Shown piece after piece: positions 9,681 to 18,731 of a stretch of 64,000 nucleotides of DNA (position 1 is its first letter; each line of letters begins with the position of its first letter). The stretch is taken from NCBI GenBank assembly GCA_963713825.1, contig CAVQNG010000014.1, positions 160,001 to 224,000 of the forward strand, given 5' to 3'. The translations under genes and the position numbers were made by a program. This stretch comes from an uncultured Acidobacteriota bacterium (GTDB lineage Bacteria > Acidobacteriota > Thermoanaerobaculia > Multivoradales > JAHEKO01). The notes beneath the pieces were generated by a model that searched no databases, was not told the origin of the DNA, and saw only the letters and a list, made by a program, of their open reading frames with translations.

Positions 9681-12146
9681 ATGAGTAGCGCTGAGACAGC
9701 AGTGGCCCCTTACGATCCAACCGAGGTAGAGCCCAAGTGGCAGCGGCGGTGGGAGGCGGACGGTCTCTACGACTCGAATGTGGATTCCGATCGACCCAAG
9801 CACTACGCCCTGACGATGCTGCCCTATCCCTCAGGGGATTTTCACATCGGTCATTGGTATGCGATGGCGCCGCCGGATGCGAGGGCGAGGTACATGCGCC
9901 AGCAAGGCTTCAATGTGCTCTTCCCGATGGGGTTCGACGCCTTCGGGCTGCCAGCTGAGAACGCCGCGATCCAGCACAGGATCCACCCTCGCCAATGGAC
10001 CTACGCGAACATCGAACGGATGCGTGGCCAGTTCAAGAGCATGGGCACCATGATCGACTGGCGTCGTGAGGCGGTTTCCGCCGATCGCGAGTACTACCGT
10101 TGGACGCAGTGGTTCTTCCTCAAGCTCCTCGAGCATGACCTGGCCTACCGCAAGCGAGCTCGGGTCGACTGGTGTCCGAGCTGCAATACCACTCTCGCTC
10201 GCGAGCAGGTTTGGGGTGACGAGCGTCGTTGTGAGCGCTGCAAGACGCCTGTCGTGCGCAAGGAACTGGAGCAGTGGTTCTTTCGTACGACCCGTTTCGC
10301 TGAACAGCTGCTCGATTTTTCCGCCATCGATTGGCCAGAAAGAGTTCAGGTCCTCGAAAAGAACTGGATCGGTCGCTCCGAGGGTGCCGATGTCGTGTTC
10401 GAGACCGAGAGTGGTGACTCGTTGGAGGTATTCACGACGCGACCCGATACACTCTGGGGAGCCACCTTCATGGTACTGGCACCAGAACATCCTCTGGTAG
10501 GAAAGCTCACCACCGAGGACCAGGAACCGGCCGTCGAAGACTACATCGCTCAGGCCGAGCGCCAGACCGACATCCAACGAGAAGCGGCCGATCGGCCGAA
10601 GACGGGGGTCTTTACTGGGGCCTATGCCATCAATCCGGTTACAGAGGAGCGGATTCCGATCTGGATTGCCGATTACGTCCTGATGACCTACGGAACCGGG
10701 GCGATCATGGCGGTGCCGGCTCACGATCAGCGCGACTTCGAGTTCGCGCGTCAGTTCGACCTCGAAGTGCGGCCGGTGATCCTGGCACCTGGCGAAGCCG
10801 TGCCGAATGGCGACGAGATGGCGGCGGCGACGATCCAGGAAGGCGTCATGGTCAATTCGGGACCTCTGACGGGTACTCCGGCGGACGAGGCGGTGCAGGC
10901 GGCCATCGAGTTCCTCGAGGCAAGGGGCACCGGCACTGGCGCTGTTCGTTATCGCTTGCGAGATTGGTTGATTTCCCGCCAGCGCTATTGGGGGGCACCC
11001 ATCCCTGTGGTCTATTGCGAGAGCTGTGGTGCCGTTCCTGTGCCGGAAGCCGACTTGCCCATTACTCTGCCCGAGGACGTCGAGTGGACACCGACCGGTG
11101 AAAGCCCCCTCAAGCTGCATCCGACTTGGCGGCATACGAGTTGCCCCGAGTGCGGTGCGCCGGCCGAGCGGGAAACCGACACCATGGACACCTTCATGTG
11201 TTCCTCCTGGTACCACCTGCGGTATCTGAGCCCGCACTACGAAGACGGTCCTTTCGATCCCGAGGAGTATGAGTACTGGATGCCCGTGGATAGCTATACG
11301 GGGGGGATCGAGCACGCGACGATGCACCTCATCTACACGCGTTTCTTCCACAAGGCTTGTCACGAGATGGGAATTCTCGAGGGCACCGAGCCCATGCTGC
11401 AGCTCCGCAATCAGGGCATCGTGCTGGGTGAGGACTCGGAGAAGATGTCGAAGAGCCGAGGCAACGTGGTCTCGCCCGACGACCTGGTGCAACGGTACGG
11501 CGCCGATACGGTGCGCAGTTACATGATGTTCTTTGCCCGCTGGGAGCAGGGAGGCCCCTGGAACAGTCGAGGCATCGAAGGGACCTGGCGCTGGCTCAAG
11601 AAGCTCTGGATGCTCCTCCTCGAGGAGGGTGAGGGTGCCACGCCGCAGCCGGGAGTTGAGCGCCGCCTGCGGCGCAAGGTGCATCAGACGCTGCGGCAGG
11701 TTGGTGATGACTTCGAGAGCTACCAGTTCAACACCATCGTGGCAGCTCTCATGGAGTTGGCGAACGAGATGCAAGAGGCGCGCGCCGAAGGTGCCGTTGG
11801 AACGGCCGCCTGGGACGAGGCGTGTGATATCTACCTGCGTATGTTGGCTCCCGTAGCGCCCCATATTGCCGAGGAGCTCTGGGAGCGTTTGGGGAAGGAG
11901 TACTCAGTCCATGCGGGAGCCTGGCCAGAGGTCGATGAGGCCGCTGCCGCCGAGGACGAGGTCACCTTGGTGGTGCAAGTCAACGGCAAGGTAAGAGACC
12001 GTCTGGTAGTGCCGGCCGACATCGACGATGAGGCCGCCCGTGAGATGGCACTCGCCAGCGACGGAGCACGTCGGTTCACGGACGGCAAGACGGTTCGCAA
12101 GGTCATTGTGGTTCCGGGTCGACTGGTCAACATCGTGGCGAATTGA
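9681..12146 (+). CDS. leuS: Leucine--tRNA ligase
   Basis: MLPYPSG, HIGH, GFDAFGLPAENAA, editing-domain TTRPDT and GTGAIMAVPAHD, KMSKS, C-terminal VQVNGKVR. Confidence 0.98.
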   Translation: MSSAETAVAPYDPTEVEPKWQRRWEADGLYDSNVDSDRPKHYALTMLPYPSGDFHIGHWYAMAPPDARARYMRQQGFNVLFPMGFDAFGLPAENAAIQHRIHPRQWTYANIERMRGQFKSMGTMIDWRREAVSADREYYRWTQWFFLKLLEHDLAYRKRARVDWCPSCNTTLAREQVWGDERRCERCKTPVVRKELEQWFFRTTRFAEQLLDFSAIDWPERVQVLEKNWIGRSEGADVVFETESGDSLEVFTTRPDTLWGATFMVLAPEHPLVGKLTTEDQEPAVEDYIAQAERQTDIQREAADRPKTGVFTGAYAINPVTEERIPIWIADYVLMTYGTGAIMAVPAHDQRDFEFARQFDLEVRPVILAPGEAVPNGDEMAAATIQEGVMVNSGPLTGTPADEAVQAAIEFLEARGTGTGAVRYRLRDWLISRQRYWGAPIPVVYCESCGAVPVPEADLPITLPEDVEWTPTGESPLKLHPTWRHTSCPECGAPAERETDTMDTFMCSSWYHLRYLSPHYEDGPFDPEEYEYWMPVDSYTGGIEHATMHLIYTRFFHKACHEMGILEGTEPMLQLRNQGIVLGEDSEKMSKSRGNVVSPDDLVQRYGADTVRSYMMFFARWEQGGPWNSRGIEGTWRWLKKLWMLLLEEGEGATPQPGVERRLRRKVHQTLRQVGDDFESYQFNTIVAALMELANEMQEARAEGAVGTAAWDEACDIYLRMLAPVAPHIAEELWERLGKEYSVHAGAWPEVDEAAAAEDEVTLVVQVNGKVRDRLVVPADIDDEAAREMALASDGARRFTDGKTVRKVIVVPGRLVNIVAN

Positions 12147-12161
12147 GGGGGTTTTCTGGGT

Positions 12162-12641
12162 ATGGGAATGGAACTCAGCTTGCAGGAGCGATTCGCTCCG
12201 CGTAACGCCTGCTTCGGATGCGGACCTGCCAATCCCGAGGGCCTTCGTATTCGTAGCTTTCCAACCGGCGGTTCCGTCGACGCTGAAGTGGTAGCGGAAT
12301 GGACACCAAGGCCTTGCCACGAGGCTTTTGACAACGTTCTCAATGGTGGGATCATCGGTACGTTGATGGACTGTCACAGCAACTGGACCGCGATCTGGCA
12401 CCTGATCAACCGGGACGGTCTCGAGGCGGCCCCTCCCATGGTGACCGCCGATTTTCACGTCACGATGAAGAGGCCGACCCCCACCGATGGGCCGGTTCAT
12501 TTGACGGCGCGAGCGGTCTCTTCGGACGGTCCGCGGGTCAGAGTTGAGGCCACTCTCTCCGGCGGTGGGCGAGTCACCGCCACGTGTGTCGGGCACTTCG
12601 TCGCGGTCGAGCCTGGCCACCCTGCGCACTACCGCTGGTAG
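12162..12641 (+). CDS. PaaI-family hotdog thioesterase
   Basis: CFGCG..NP.GL N-terminal motif and GGIIGTLMD hotdog helix. Confidence 0.85.
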   Translation: MGMELSLQERFAPRNACFGCGPANPEGLRIRSFPTGGSVDAEVVAEWTPRPCHEAFDNVLNGGIIGTLMDCHSNWTAIWHLINRDGLEAAPPMVTADFHVTMKRPTPTDGPVHLTARAVSSDGPRVRVEATLSGGGRVTATCVGHFVAVEPGHPAHYRW

Positions 12642-12650
12642 AAGAGCCCA

Positions 12651-13289
12651 TCAGTCGCCAGCGTCCTCCAGAAGACGGCCGCCGCGATAGAGAAGCCAAA
12701 GGGCGAGCAACTGAATGACATGGAAAATGTCGTTGTGGTTGAAGTGTTGATGCAGTGCGAATTCGCTTTGCTGGATGAGTGAGGCGACGAAGGAGACGAG
12801 GATGCCACCGACGACCCAGGGAGCGCTGGGCGCGCGTCGCGCCCACCATTGCCAGATCTGCAACAGAAGAACGACAACCATGGTGGAACCGTAGTCGTTG
12901 ATCACGAAGCGGAAGTCGTCGTGAGATGCCATCCACCAGATATAGCCTCCCAGTTTCACGACCGCCAGGAGCAGCAACGGTCGTTTCCATGGCCCGGAGA
13001 CAGAGGCGTAGAGAGCTCCCGCGAGCAGTAGAAAACTGGCTGCGCCGATGGCGTAGACGGTGACCTTCCATAGGATTAACCAACCCTGGTCTCCCAGTTG
13101 CTGAATGAAGCCGTGGGAGGTTCCCCCAGCGAACGCTCCCAAAGCCGTGGCCAGAAACGCCCAACCCCAAAGGGCCTCGGATCGAGTGCTTCTGGCTCGT
13201 CCTTCGATAAGCAGGTGAATTCCGAGAGTGGCGGCCAGGAGGGTCACCAGATAGTCGGTGAACATGGTCATGGGCTCACTGATCGTCAT
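12651..13289 (-). CDS. 7-TM membrane protein (DUF6962-like, conserved His residues)
   Basis: EPMTMFTDY, GGTSHGF and FNHNDIFH motifs; about 7 hydrophobic helices. Family name is from memory. Confidence 0.65.
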   Translation of the reverse strand: MTISEPMTMFTDYLVTLLAATLGIHLLIEGRARSTRSEALWGWAFLATALGAFAGGTSHGFIQQLGDQGWLILWKVTVYAIGAASFLLLAGALYASVSGPWKRPLLLLAVVKLGGYIWWMASHDDFRFVINDYGSTMVVVLLLQIWQWWARRAPSAPWVVGGILVSFVASLIQQSEFALHQHFNHNDIFHVIQLLALWLLYRGGRLLEDAGD

Positions 13290-13337
13290 GGAGTGCTGCC
13301 CTCCTTGGGGGGGCCGAGCCCGCATTCGTGCGGCATG

Positions 13338-13793
13338 CTATTGCTCGTGGCTCGTGGAGGTCTCGATCCGGTCTGAGAGGGATTCCGGCATCGAGATCGA
13401 TTCCAGTCCCTCGCCGTCATTCATGATGCAGCAGACAGACGACATGCGACCCCGAGCGACGACCCGGCTGTCCGTCGATATCGTCATGGCGTAGGTCAGG
13501 GAGCTCTGGCCCTTTCTCGCGATGCGCAGGTGAATGTCCAGCACATCGCCGTAGTGTGCGGGGCTCAGATATTGGCAGGACACCTCGACTCGCGGCCAGC
13601 CGATGGTTCTGCCGTCCCGCGTGGCGAATGCGTCGGATCCCAGGCTGCGAAGGAACTCGTGCTCGGCGGTCTCCATGAACACCAGATAGCGGGCGAAGTG
13701 GACGATGCCACCCATGTCTGCGTCCGCGAACTCGACTCGCCGGGTGGTGCGGAACTCACTGACGGGCTGCGAGTTTCGATCGCGATTGTCCAT
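13338..13793 (-). CDS. Acyl-CoA thioesterase (4-HBA-CoA thioesterase/YbgC-like)
   Basis: RVEFADADMGGIVHFARYLVFME motif. Confidence 0.9.
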   Translation of the reverse strand: MDNRDRNSQPVSEFRTTRRVEFADADMGGIVHFARYLVFMETAEHEFLRSLGSDAFATRDGRTIGWPRVEVSCQYLSPAHYGDVLDIHLRIARKGQSSLTYAMTISTDSRVVARGRMSSVCCIMNDGEGLESISMPESLSDRIETSTSHEQ

Positions 13794-13806
13794 TCGTATG
13801 CGCTCC

Positions 13807-15303
13807 TCAACTCTTGGCCTTCGCTTTGCGGATCTCCTGATCGACGATCAGTGAGTAGGCCAGGTAGTACTTGAAAATATTGCTGACGTACTGCACTGTT
13901 TCGCGCCCGATCTCCCGCGCGGCCACGACCTCGACGTTGCCGAACCAACGATTGGGATCCAGGCCCTTCTGAGCGGCCTTCTGACGGAGCGAAGAGATGC
14001 GACTGGGGCCGGCATTGTAGGCGGCGACAGCGAAGAGCCCCCGATTGAGCGTATCGATGCCTTCTTCGGCGAAGTATCGATCGGAGAGGAACCTTAGGTA
14101 CTTGACCCCGGCGTGAATGTTGTGCTCCAGCACTTCGATCTCTGGGATATTCACGTTCGGGTCGCTGGCGGTGCTCTTGAGCAGTTGCATCACACCGATG
14201 GCGCCAGCCCTGCTCCGCACGCTCTGGTCGATGCGGGACTCCTGATAGGCCTGAGCGGCCACTAGCAGGTAGTCGAACCCATATTCGTCGCCGTATTGCT
14301 GGAACAGGTCTACGGCCTCCTCGAAGCGCTGCATCTCCTCCCGTCCGGCAGGATTCTGGACCCAATCCGTAGTCCCGAAATAGCGATTGATCAGGATGTT
14401 GCCTAGCAAGGTTCCTTTCTTCCGACTTTTCATGAAACGGTTCAGAGTCGCCTCGAGCTGGGGACTGTTCTGGCGAAACGCCCACGCGATCTGACCGCCC
14501 TGTCGAATGGCGAGGTCAGGATGGAGGGTCAGGCCCTCGAAAACCTGGGTCCAGAACTGGGCCAGATAGGAATCGGCGACGGTGATGTCGATCAGGCCCG
14601 CGTTGACCATCTCCAGAATGTCCTCGGTCTCGAGCAACTCGTTGGCCGCCTCGAGGCGAATCTTCTTCAGGCCTTTGGCATCGAGCTCCTGGTTGAGAGC
14701 TTCGAGACTCTGCCAGTAGCTGCTCGATCGTCGGACGTGGATCTTCTTGCCTGCGAGGTCTTCCAATGAAGTCAACTCGGACACCCCGGGGGCGGTGACG
14801 ATGATCTCGTCAACGGCGATGAGGGGTTCTGCGAAATCCACGCTTTCCTGGCGCTCAGGGGTGATGGTGAGGTTGGAGGCAGCGATATCGCCACGACCTT
14901 CCAGCAGATCAGGGAGGAGGCGGTCTCTCGTCGTGGGAACAATCAGGACGTGGACCTGGATAGATTTGTTTCCCAGCTTCTTGTTGATCTCCTCCTCGAG
15001 TTGCTTCAGGAGCTCGAAGGCCGTTCCCTTTTGCTCGGCACCGTCGAGAAAATACTGGGTTCGGTTGGGCGTCACGAGGGCACGCACGTAGCGCCGTTCG
15101 ATCATCCCATCGAGATCGCCCTTCCACGGCTTCAGCGCCGCCTCGAGCACCACTTGGATCTGGGAGTTTTCGGAATCGAAAACTGAGACCGGCCCGTCAC
15201 CAGCAAGGGTTGGGAGCTCTGTGTCAGAGGACCTGGAGCATCCCGTGGTGATGAGCAGTGCTGTGACGACCAGTGCGCTACTGGCAAGAATCGGGGCTCT
15301 CAT
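13807..15303 (-). CDS. MltF-like lytic transglycosylase (SBP_bac_3 + SLT domains), probable lipoprotein
   Basis: Lipobox-like ITTGC; substrate-binding domain (GRGDIAASNLTITPER); SLT motifs YQES, GAIGVMQL, AAYNAG, ETVQYV. Confidence 0.9.
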   Translation of the reverse strand: MRAPILASSALVVTALLITTGCSRSSDTELPTLAGDGPVSVFDSENSQIQVVLEAALKPWKGDLDGMIERRYVRALVTPNRTQYFLDGAEQKGTAFELLKQLEEEINKKLGNKSIQVHVLIVPTTRDRLLPDLLEGRGDIAASNLTITPERQESVDFAEPLIAVDEIIVTAPGVSELTSLEDLAGKKIHVRRSSSYWQSLEALNQELDAKGLKKIRLEAANELLETEDILEMVNAGLIDITVADSYLAQFWTQVFEGLTLHPDLAIRQGGQIAWAFRQNSPQLEATLNRFMKSRKKGTLLGNILINRYFGTTDWVQNPAGREEMQRFEEAVDLFQQYGDEYGFDYLLVAAQAYQESRIDQSVRSRAGAIGVMQLLKSTASDPNVNIPEIEVLEHNIHAGVKYLRFLSDRYFAEEGIDTLNRGLFAVAAYNAGPSRISSLRQKAAQKGLDPNRWFGNVEVVAAREIGRETVQYVSNIFKYYLAYSLIVDQEIRKAKAKS

Positions 15304-15465
15304 GGCTCCCCCTTCTGAAGAGATTCGATTCGCTGTCGAGAGGAGTATAGTCCCTGTTCCGGTCGACGATCCGGTGGGTCGGGTCGTCGACGTACCTGGA
15401 TGGCTCAGGGAAGCCTGAGGAGAGTGGGGGTTCCCGGACCGCATTCTCCGCGGAGAACGATAGAG

Positions 15466-16254
15466 ATGTCGGAGGAGATTCTGGAACTGGACGTCACTGG
15501 AGCAGATGCCGCAGAGGCGAGTCTCGTAGTCAGACTGACGGAGCCGCTAGAGGGGCCGGGCACAGCTCCAATGGTGCTGTACCTGCATGGATTCGGCTCG
15601 GACCAATGGGGTGAGAAGGCCTCCTACTTTCGGCAGAAGATTTTGACTGCGGGGTGGGGCTGCTGCTCCCTCGATTTTCAGGGACATGGTCGGTCTGGTG
15701 GAGCAATGGTGGATCTGACCCTGTCTCGCCAGCTCGCCGATGTCCAGATCGTCACGGAGATGCTCGAGAGTCGAGGCTATCCTCGATACCTTCTTATCGG
15801 CTCTTCGATGGGCGGCTTGACAGGCCTGTGGCACGCTGCTCTGTGCCCAGACAGAGTCCTGGCCAGTGCTTGCATCGCACCGGCTCTCAGCCTGGAGTCC
15901 AATTTGAGTGAATGGGCGGGTGTGGATGGAATGAGGCGATGGCGCCAGGAGGGGACGATTCGGGTGGACAACGAGATCGGGTCCTGGGAGCTGGGATGGA
16001 ACTTTGTCGCCGATTTGGGCGACTATCCCGTATCGCGCCTGCAAGAGCTCTCTTGTCGCCCATCTCTGATCCTGCAGGGCAAGCTCGACGATCGGGTCGA
16101 TTGGAGACAGGTGATGGATTTCGTCGTCGGATGCGAGTTCGAAGACCTGGAGCTCCATCTGTTCGCCGACGGTGATCATCGGCTCGTAGACCGCAAGGAA
16201 AGGCTCTGGCAGCTGATTCGAGACTACCTGCAGGGCAAGAATTTGCTGCGTTGA
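15466..16254 (+). CDS. Alpha/beta-fold hydrolase
   Basis: YLHGFGS, DFQGHGRS, nucleophile elbow GSSMGG, Asp (DDRV) and His (GDHRL). Confidence 0.9.
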   Translation: MSEEILELDVTGADAAEASLVVRLTEPLEGPGTAPMVLYLHGFGSDQWGEKASYFRQKILTAGWGCCSLDFQGHGRSGGAMVDLTLSRQLADVQIVTEMLESRGYPRYLLIGSSMGGLTGLWHAALCPDRVLASACIAPALSLESNLSEWAGVDGMRRWRQEGTIRVDNEIGSWELGWNFVADLGDYPVSRLQELSCRPSLILQGKLDDRVDWRQVMDFVVGCEFEDLELHLFADGDHRLVDRKERLWQLIRDYLQGKNLLR

Positions 16255-16292
16255 AGGAAATAGACCTTTTGCCTGGGGCTGCCGTCTCGGTG

Positions 16293-17114
16293 CTATTCGA
16301 GCCGAATGAGGATGGCTCCGTCGCTGCCTTCCAGCTCGACTTCCTGCGGTGCGATTCGGGTCACCATATAGCCGTGAATGGTCTCACCAAGGCCAACGAC
16401 ACGCTCGTCCAGGAGGGCGTAGGGACCGGTTTCGGACCATGCGATTCCTCCCAACGCGAGCTCGTCACCGTTAGCCAGGATCGCTGTCTCGATGAAGACA
16501 CGGGGCTGCGACGACGAGTCGCCTACCGAGCTTTCGGGGCGAGTACCCCTTGGCTCCGCAGCCAGACTGACTCCCTGCATGGGTGGAGGTGCGACCTCGG
16601 TCGGCGATGGGGAAGGCGCGACCGGGCCATTCTCGACGGGCAATGGAACCGGTCGGGAGTCGAGCGATTCGGCTGGCGGGTTGGACTCCTGCTTCGAATC
16701 TGGCTGCCGATTCGCCGACCCCGGAGGTGGGGTCTTCGAACCAGCAACAGGAGCCACGATCTCAGCAGCGCTACCCGGAGAGTCGGGCAGCGAGGCGGTG
16801 GCCTCACTCTCCTCGATGGGCCGAGCCGGACTGGGATTGGGCGCGGACTCTGCAGACCGACTGAGGCCTTCCAGCGGATCCAAAACCGCTGTACCAGCGC
16901 CGGTCGAGCTCGGGTGGTCCTCGGTGGCCAGACGGGCGATCGTCACCAGGCTGACGAGCAGTGCCAGGGCCATCGCGACAACGGCCGCCACCAACCAGGA
17001 GCGATGCGAAACCGACCGTGGGGGGGGTGGTGCGAGGGGCAGTCCCTTGGCCAGCGCCTCTCGGCGGCGCGACTCCTGGCGGGCTCGTTTGAGCGCCTCG
17101 TTGATCAGGCTCAC
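16293..17114 (-). CDS. ExeB/GspB-like membrane-anchored protein with Pro/Ser-rich linker
   Basis: GTG start overlaps the exeA stop (GTGA). N-terminal SLINEALKRA resembles the GspB MS.I.EALK motif, followed by one TM helix, a low-complexity linker and a C-terminal beta domain (LGGIAWS...ALLDERVV..GE.I.G). Confidence 0.7.
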   Translation of the reverse strand: MSLINEALKRARQESRRREALAKGLPLAPPPPRSVSHRSWLVAAVVAMALALLVSLVTIARLATEDHPSSTGAGTAVLDPLEGLSRSAESAPNPSPARPIEESEATASLPDSPGSAAEIVAPVAGSKTPPPGSANRQPDSKQESNPPAESLDSRPVPLPVENGPVAPSPSPTEVAPPPMQGVSLAAEPRGTRPESSVGDSSSQPRVFIETAILANGDELALGGIAWSETGPYALLDERVVGLGETIHGYMVTRIAPQEVELEGSDGAILIRLE

Positions 17115-17923
17115 GAAAAACGGCCCTCGAGCTCTCGAATGGCGCGGCCGACATGCCTGCCCGTCAAGTTGTCCACCCCCAGAACGTAGCCACAGAGCAG
17201 GGTCTTGTCGCAGATGGCGTTGACCAGACGTGGCACACCTTTGGAGTAGCCATGGATTCTGCGCATGGCCCACGTCGTGAATGTGGGCTTGCCGTTGCTA
17301 CCCGCGACTTCCAACCGATGTCTGATGTACTCGCTGGTCTCTTCGAGAGACAGCGGCTCGATGTGATAGCGGATCGTGATCCGCTGCCGCAGTTGGCGCA
17401 GGGCTCGGGCGTCCAGCATCTCTCGCAGCTCGGGCTGGCCGATGAGGACAATCTGGAGAAGTTTCTGCTGGTCGGTTTCCAGGTTCGACAGCAAGCGAAC
17501 CTGTTCCATGAGGTCGGGGCTCAAGTCCTGGGCCTCATCGATCACCAAAACGACGTCATTGCCTTCGTGAACCTGGTCCAGGAGAAACCGATTGAGGGCC
17601 TCGAGCCAGGCGACCCGGTCGTTGCGAGGCAGCTTCTGCTTGAGCTCGGTGAGGATCGTTCGGAGCATCTGAGGCCCGGTCATGCACGGGTTCAGAATCA
17701 ACGCCGTCTGGTATCCCGGGCCGAGCTCCTCGAGCAGCGCCCTGCAGATTGTCGTCTTGCCGGTGCCAACTTCGCCGGTGATCTGGATGAAGCCCTTGCG
17801 CTGTTGAACCCCGAAGAGCAGATGGTCCAGAGCTTCGCGATGCTTCGAGCTCAGGAACAGGAAGCGCGGATCCGGTGTGATGTTGAACGGCGACTCGTAG
17901 AACCCGTAGAACTGCTCGTACAT
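17111..17923 (-). CDS. ExeA/GspA-family AAA+ ATPase
   Basis: MYEQFYG...PF.ITPDPRF, Walker A GEVGTGKTT, Walker B VIDEAQ, LIGQPEL, G.PRLVN. Confidence 0.93.
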   Translation of the reverse strand: MYEQFYGFYESPFNITPDPRFLFLSSKHREALDHLLFGVQQRKGFIQITGEVGTGKTTICRALLEELGPGYQTALILNPCMTGPQMLRTILTELKQKLPRNDRVAWLEALNRFLLDQVHEGNDVVLVIDEAQDLSPDLMEQVRLLSNLETDQQKLLQIVLIGQPELREMLDARALRQLRQRITIRYHIEPLSLEETSEYIRHRLEVAGSNGKPTFTTWAMRRIHGYSKGVPRLVNAICDKTLLCGYVLGVDNLTGRHVGRAIRELEGRFS

Positions 17924-18135
17924 TCTGTATTCCGATGGAGAGTGACCCTTAACGCTGCCGGGTAGTCTAGCACTGAGGCCTGGCGTGTTACGCTCCCGAT
18001 CTCGGAGGGCCAGAGACGTGACTGGCCTCGGCGATGGGTCCCATCAACGCAAGAAAGAGGGGTGCACTCGTGTCGTCATCGAACGTGGCGCAGGGGCGCC
18101 GGAGCTGCCGATTTGTCAAAGGAACGGTGCTGGTG

Positions 18136-18690
18136 ATGGCAACGGTGATCGTTGCCTGCATTGGGCCTGGAGGCGCGTTCGGCGGATCGCAGAGCTCGGC
18201 GACGAATGCCGACGACGTGGGCGAGGCCGATCCGGAAGCAAGGCTCGCCGAGCTGGGCATCGTATTGCCGGAGCCGAGCGTGCCCGTTGCCAACTACGTC
18301 AAGGCAGTCCGCTCTGGCAATCTGATCTTCCTGTCCGGGCATGGCCCGTATCGAAGCGACGGAACCCTGGTCAAGGGCAAGCTCGGGAAGGATCTTTCCA
18401 TCGAAGAGGGTTACGAGGCTGCGAGACTCACAGGTATCGCCTTGCTGTCCTCGTTGAAAAGCGAGATCGGAGATCTGAGCAAGGTGCGGCGGATCGTCAA
18501 GGTCTTTGGCATGGTGAATGCGGATCCGTTGTTTACTGATCAACCCAAAGTCATCAACGGCTGTTCCGATCTCTTGGTGGAGGTCTTCGGTGACAGAGGA
18601 CGCCACGCGAGGGCCGCAGTTGGCATGGCATCGCTGCCGGTCGGCATCGCCGTTGAGATCGATATGGTTGTCGAGATCGAAGAAGATTAG
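18136..18690 (+). CDS. RidA/YjgF-family protein with N-terminal extension
   Basis: ANYV, LIFLSGHGP, VINGCSDL, RHARAAVG and VEIDM motifs. Start uncertain. Confidence 0.9.
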   Translation: MATVIVACIGPGGAFGGSQSSATNADDVGEADPEARLAELGIVLPEPSVPVANYVKAVRSGNLIFLSGHGPYRSDGTLVKGKLGKDLSIEEGYEAARLTGIALLSSLKSEIGDLSKVRRIVKVFGMVNADPLFTDQPKVINGCSDLLVEVFGDRGRHARAAVGMASLPVGIAVEIDMVVEIEED

Positions 18691-18731
18691 CGAAGATTTG
18701 TTGGCTCGTAACTGGAGGGAGGACAGTTTCC

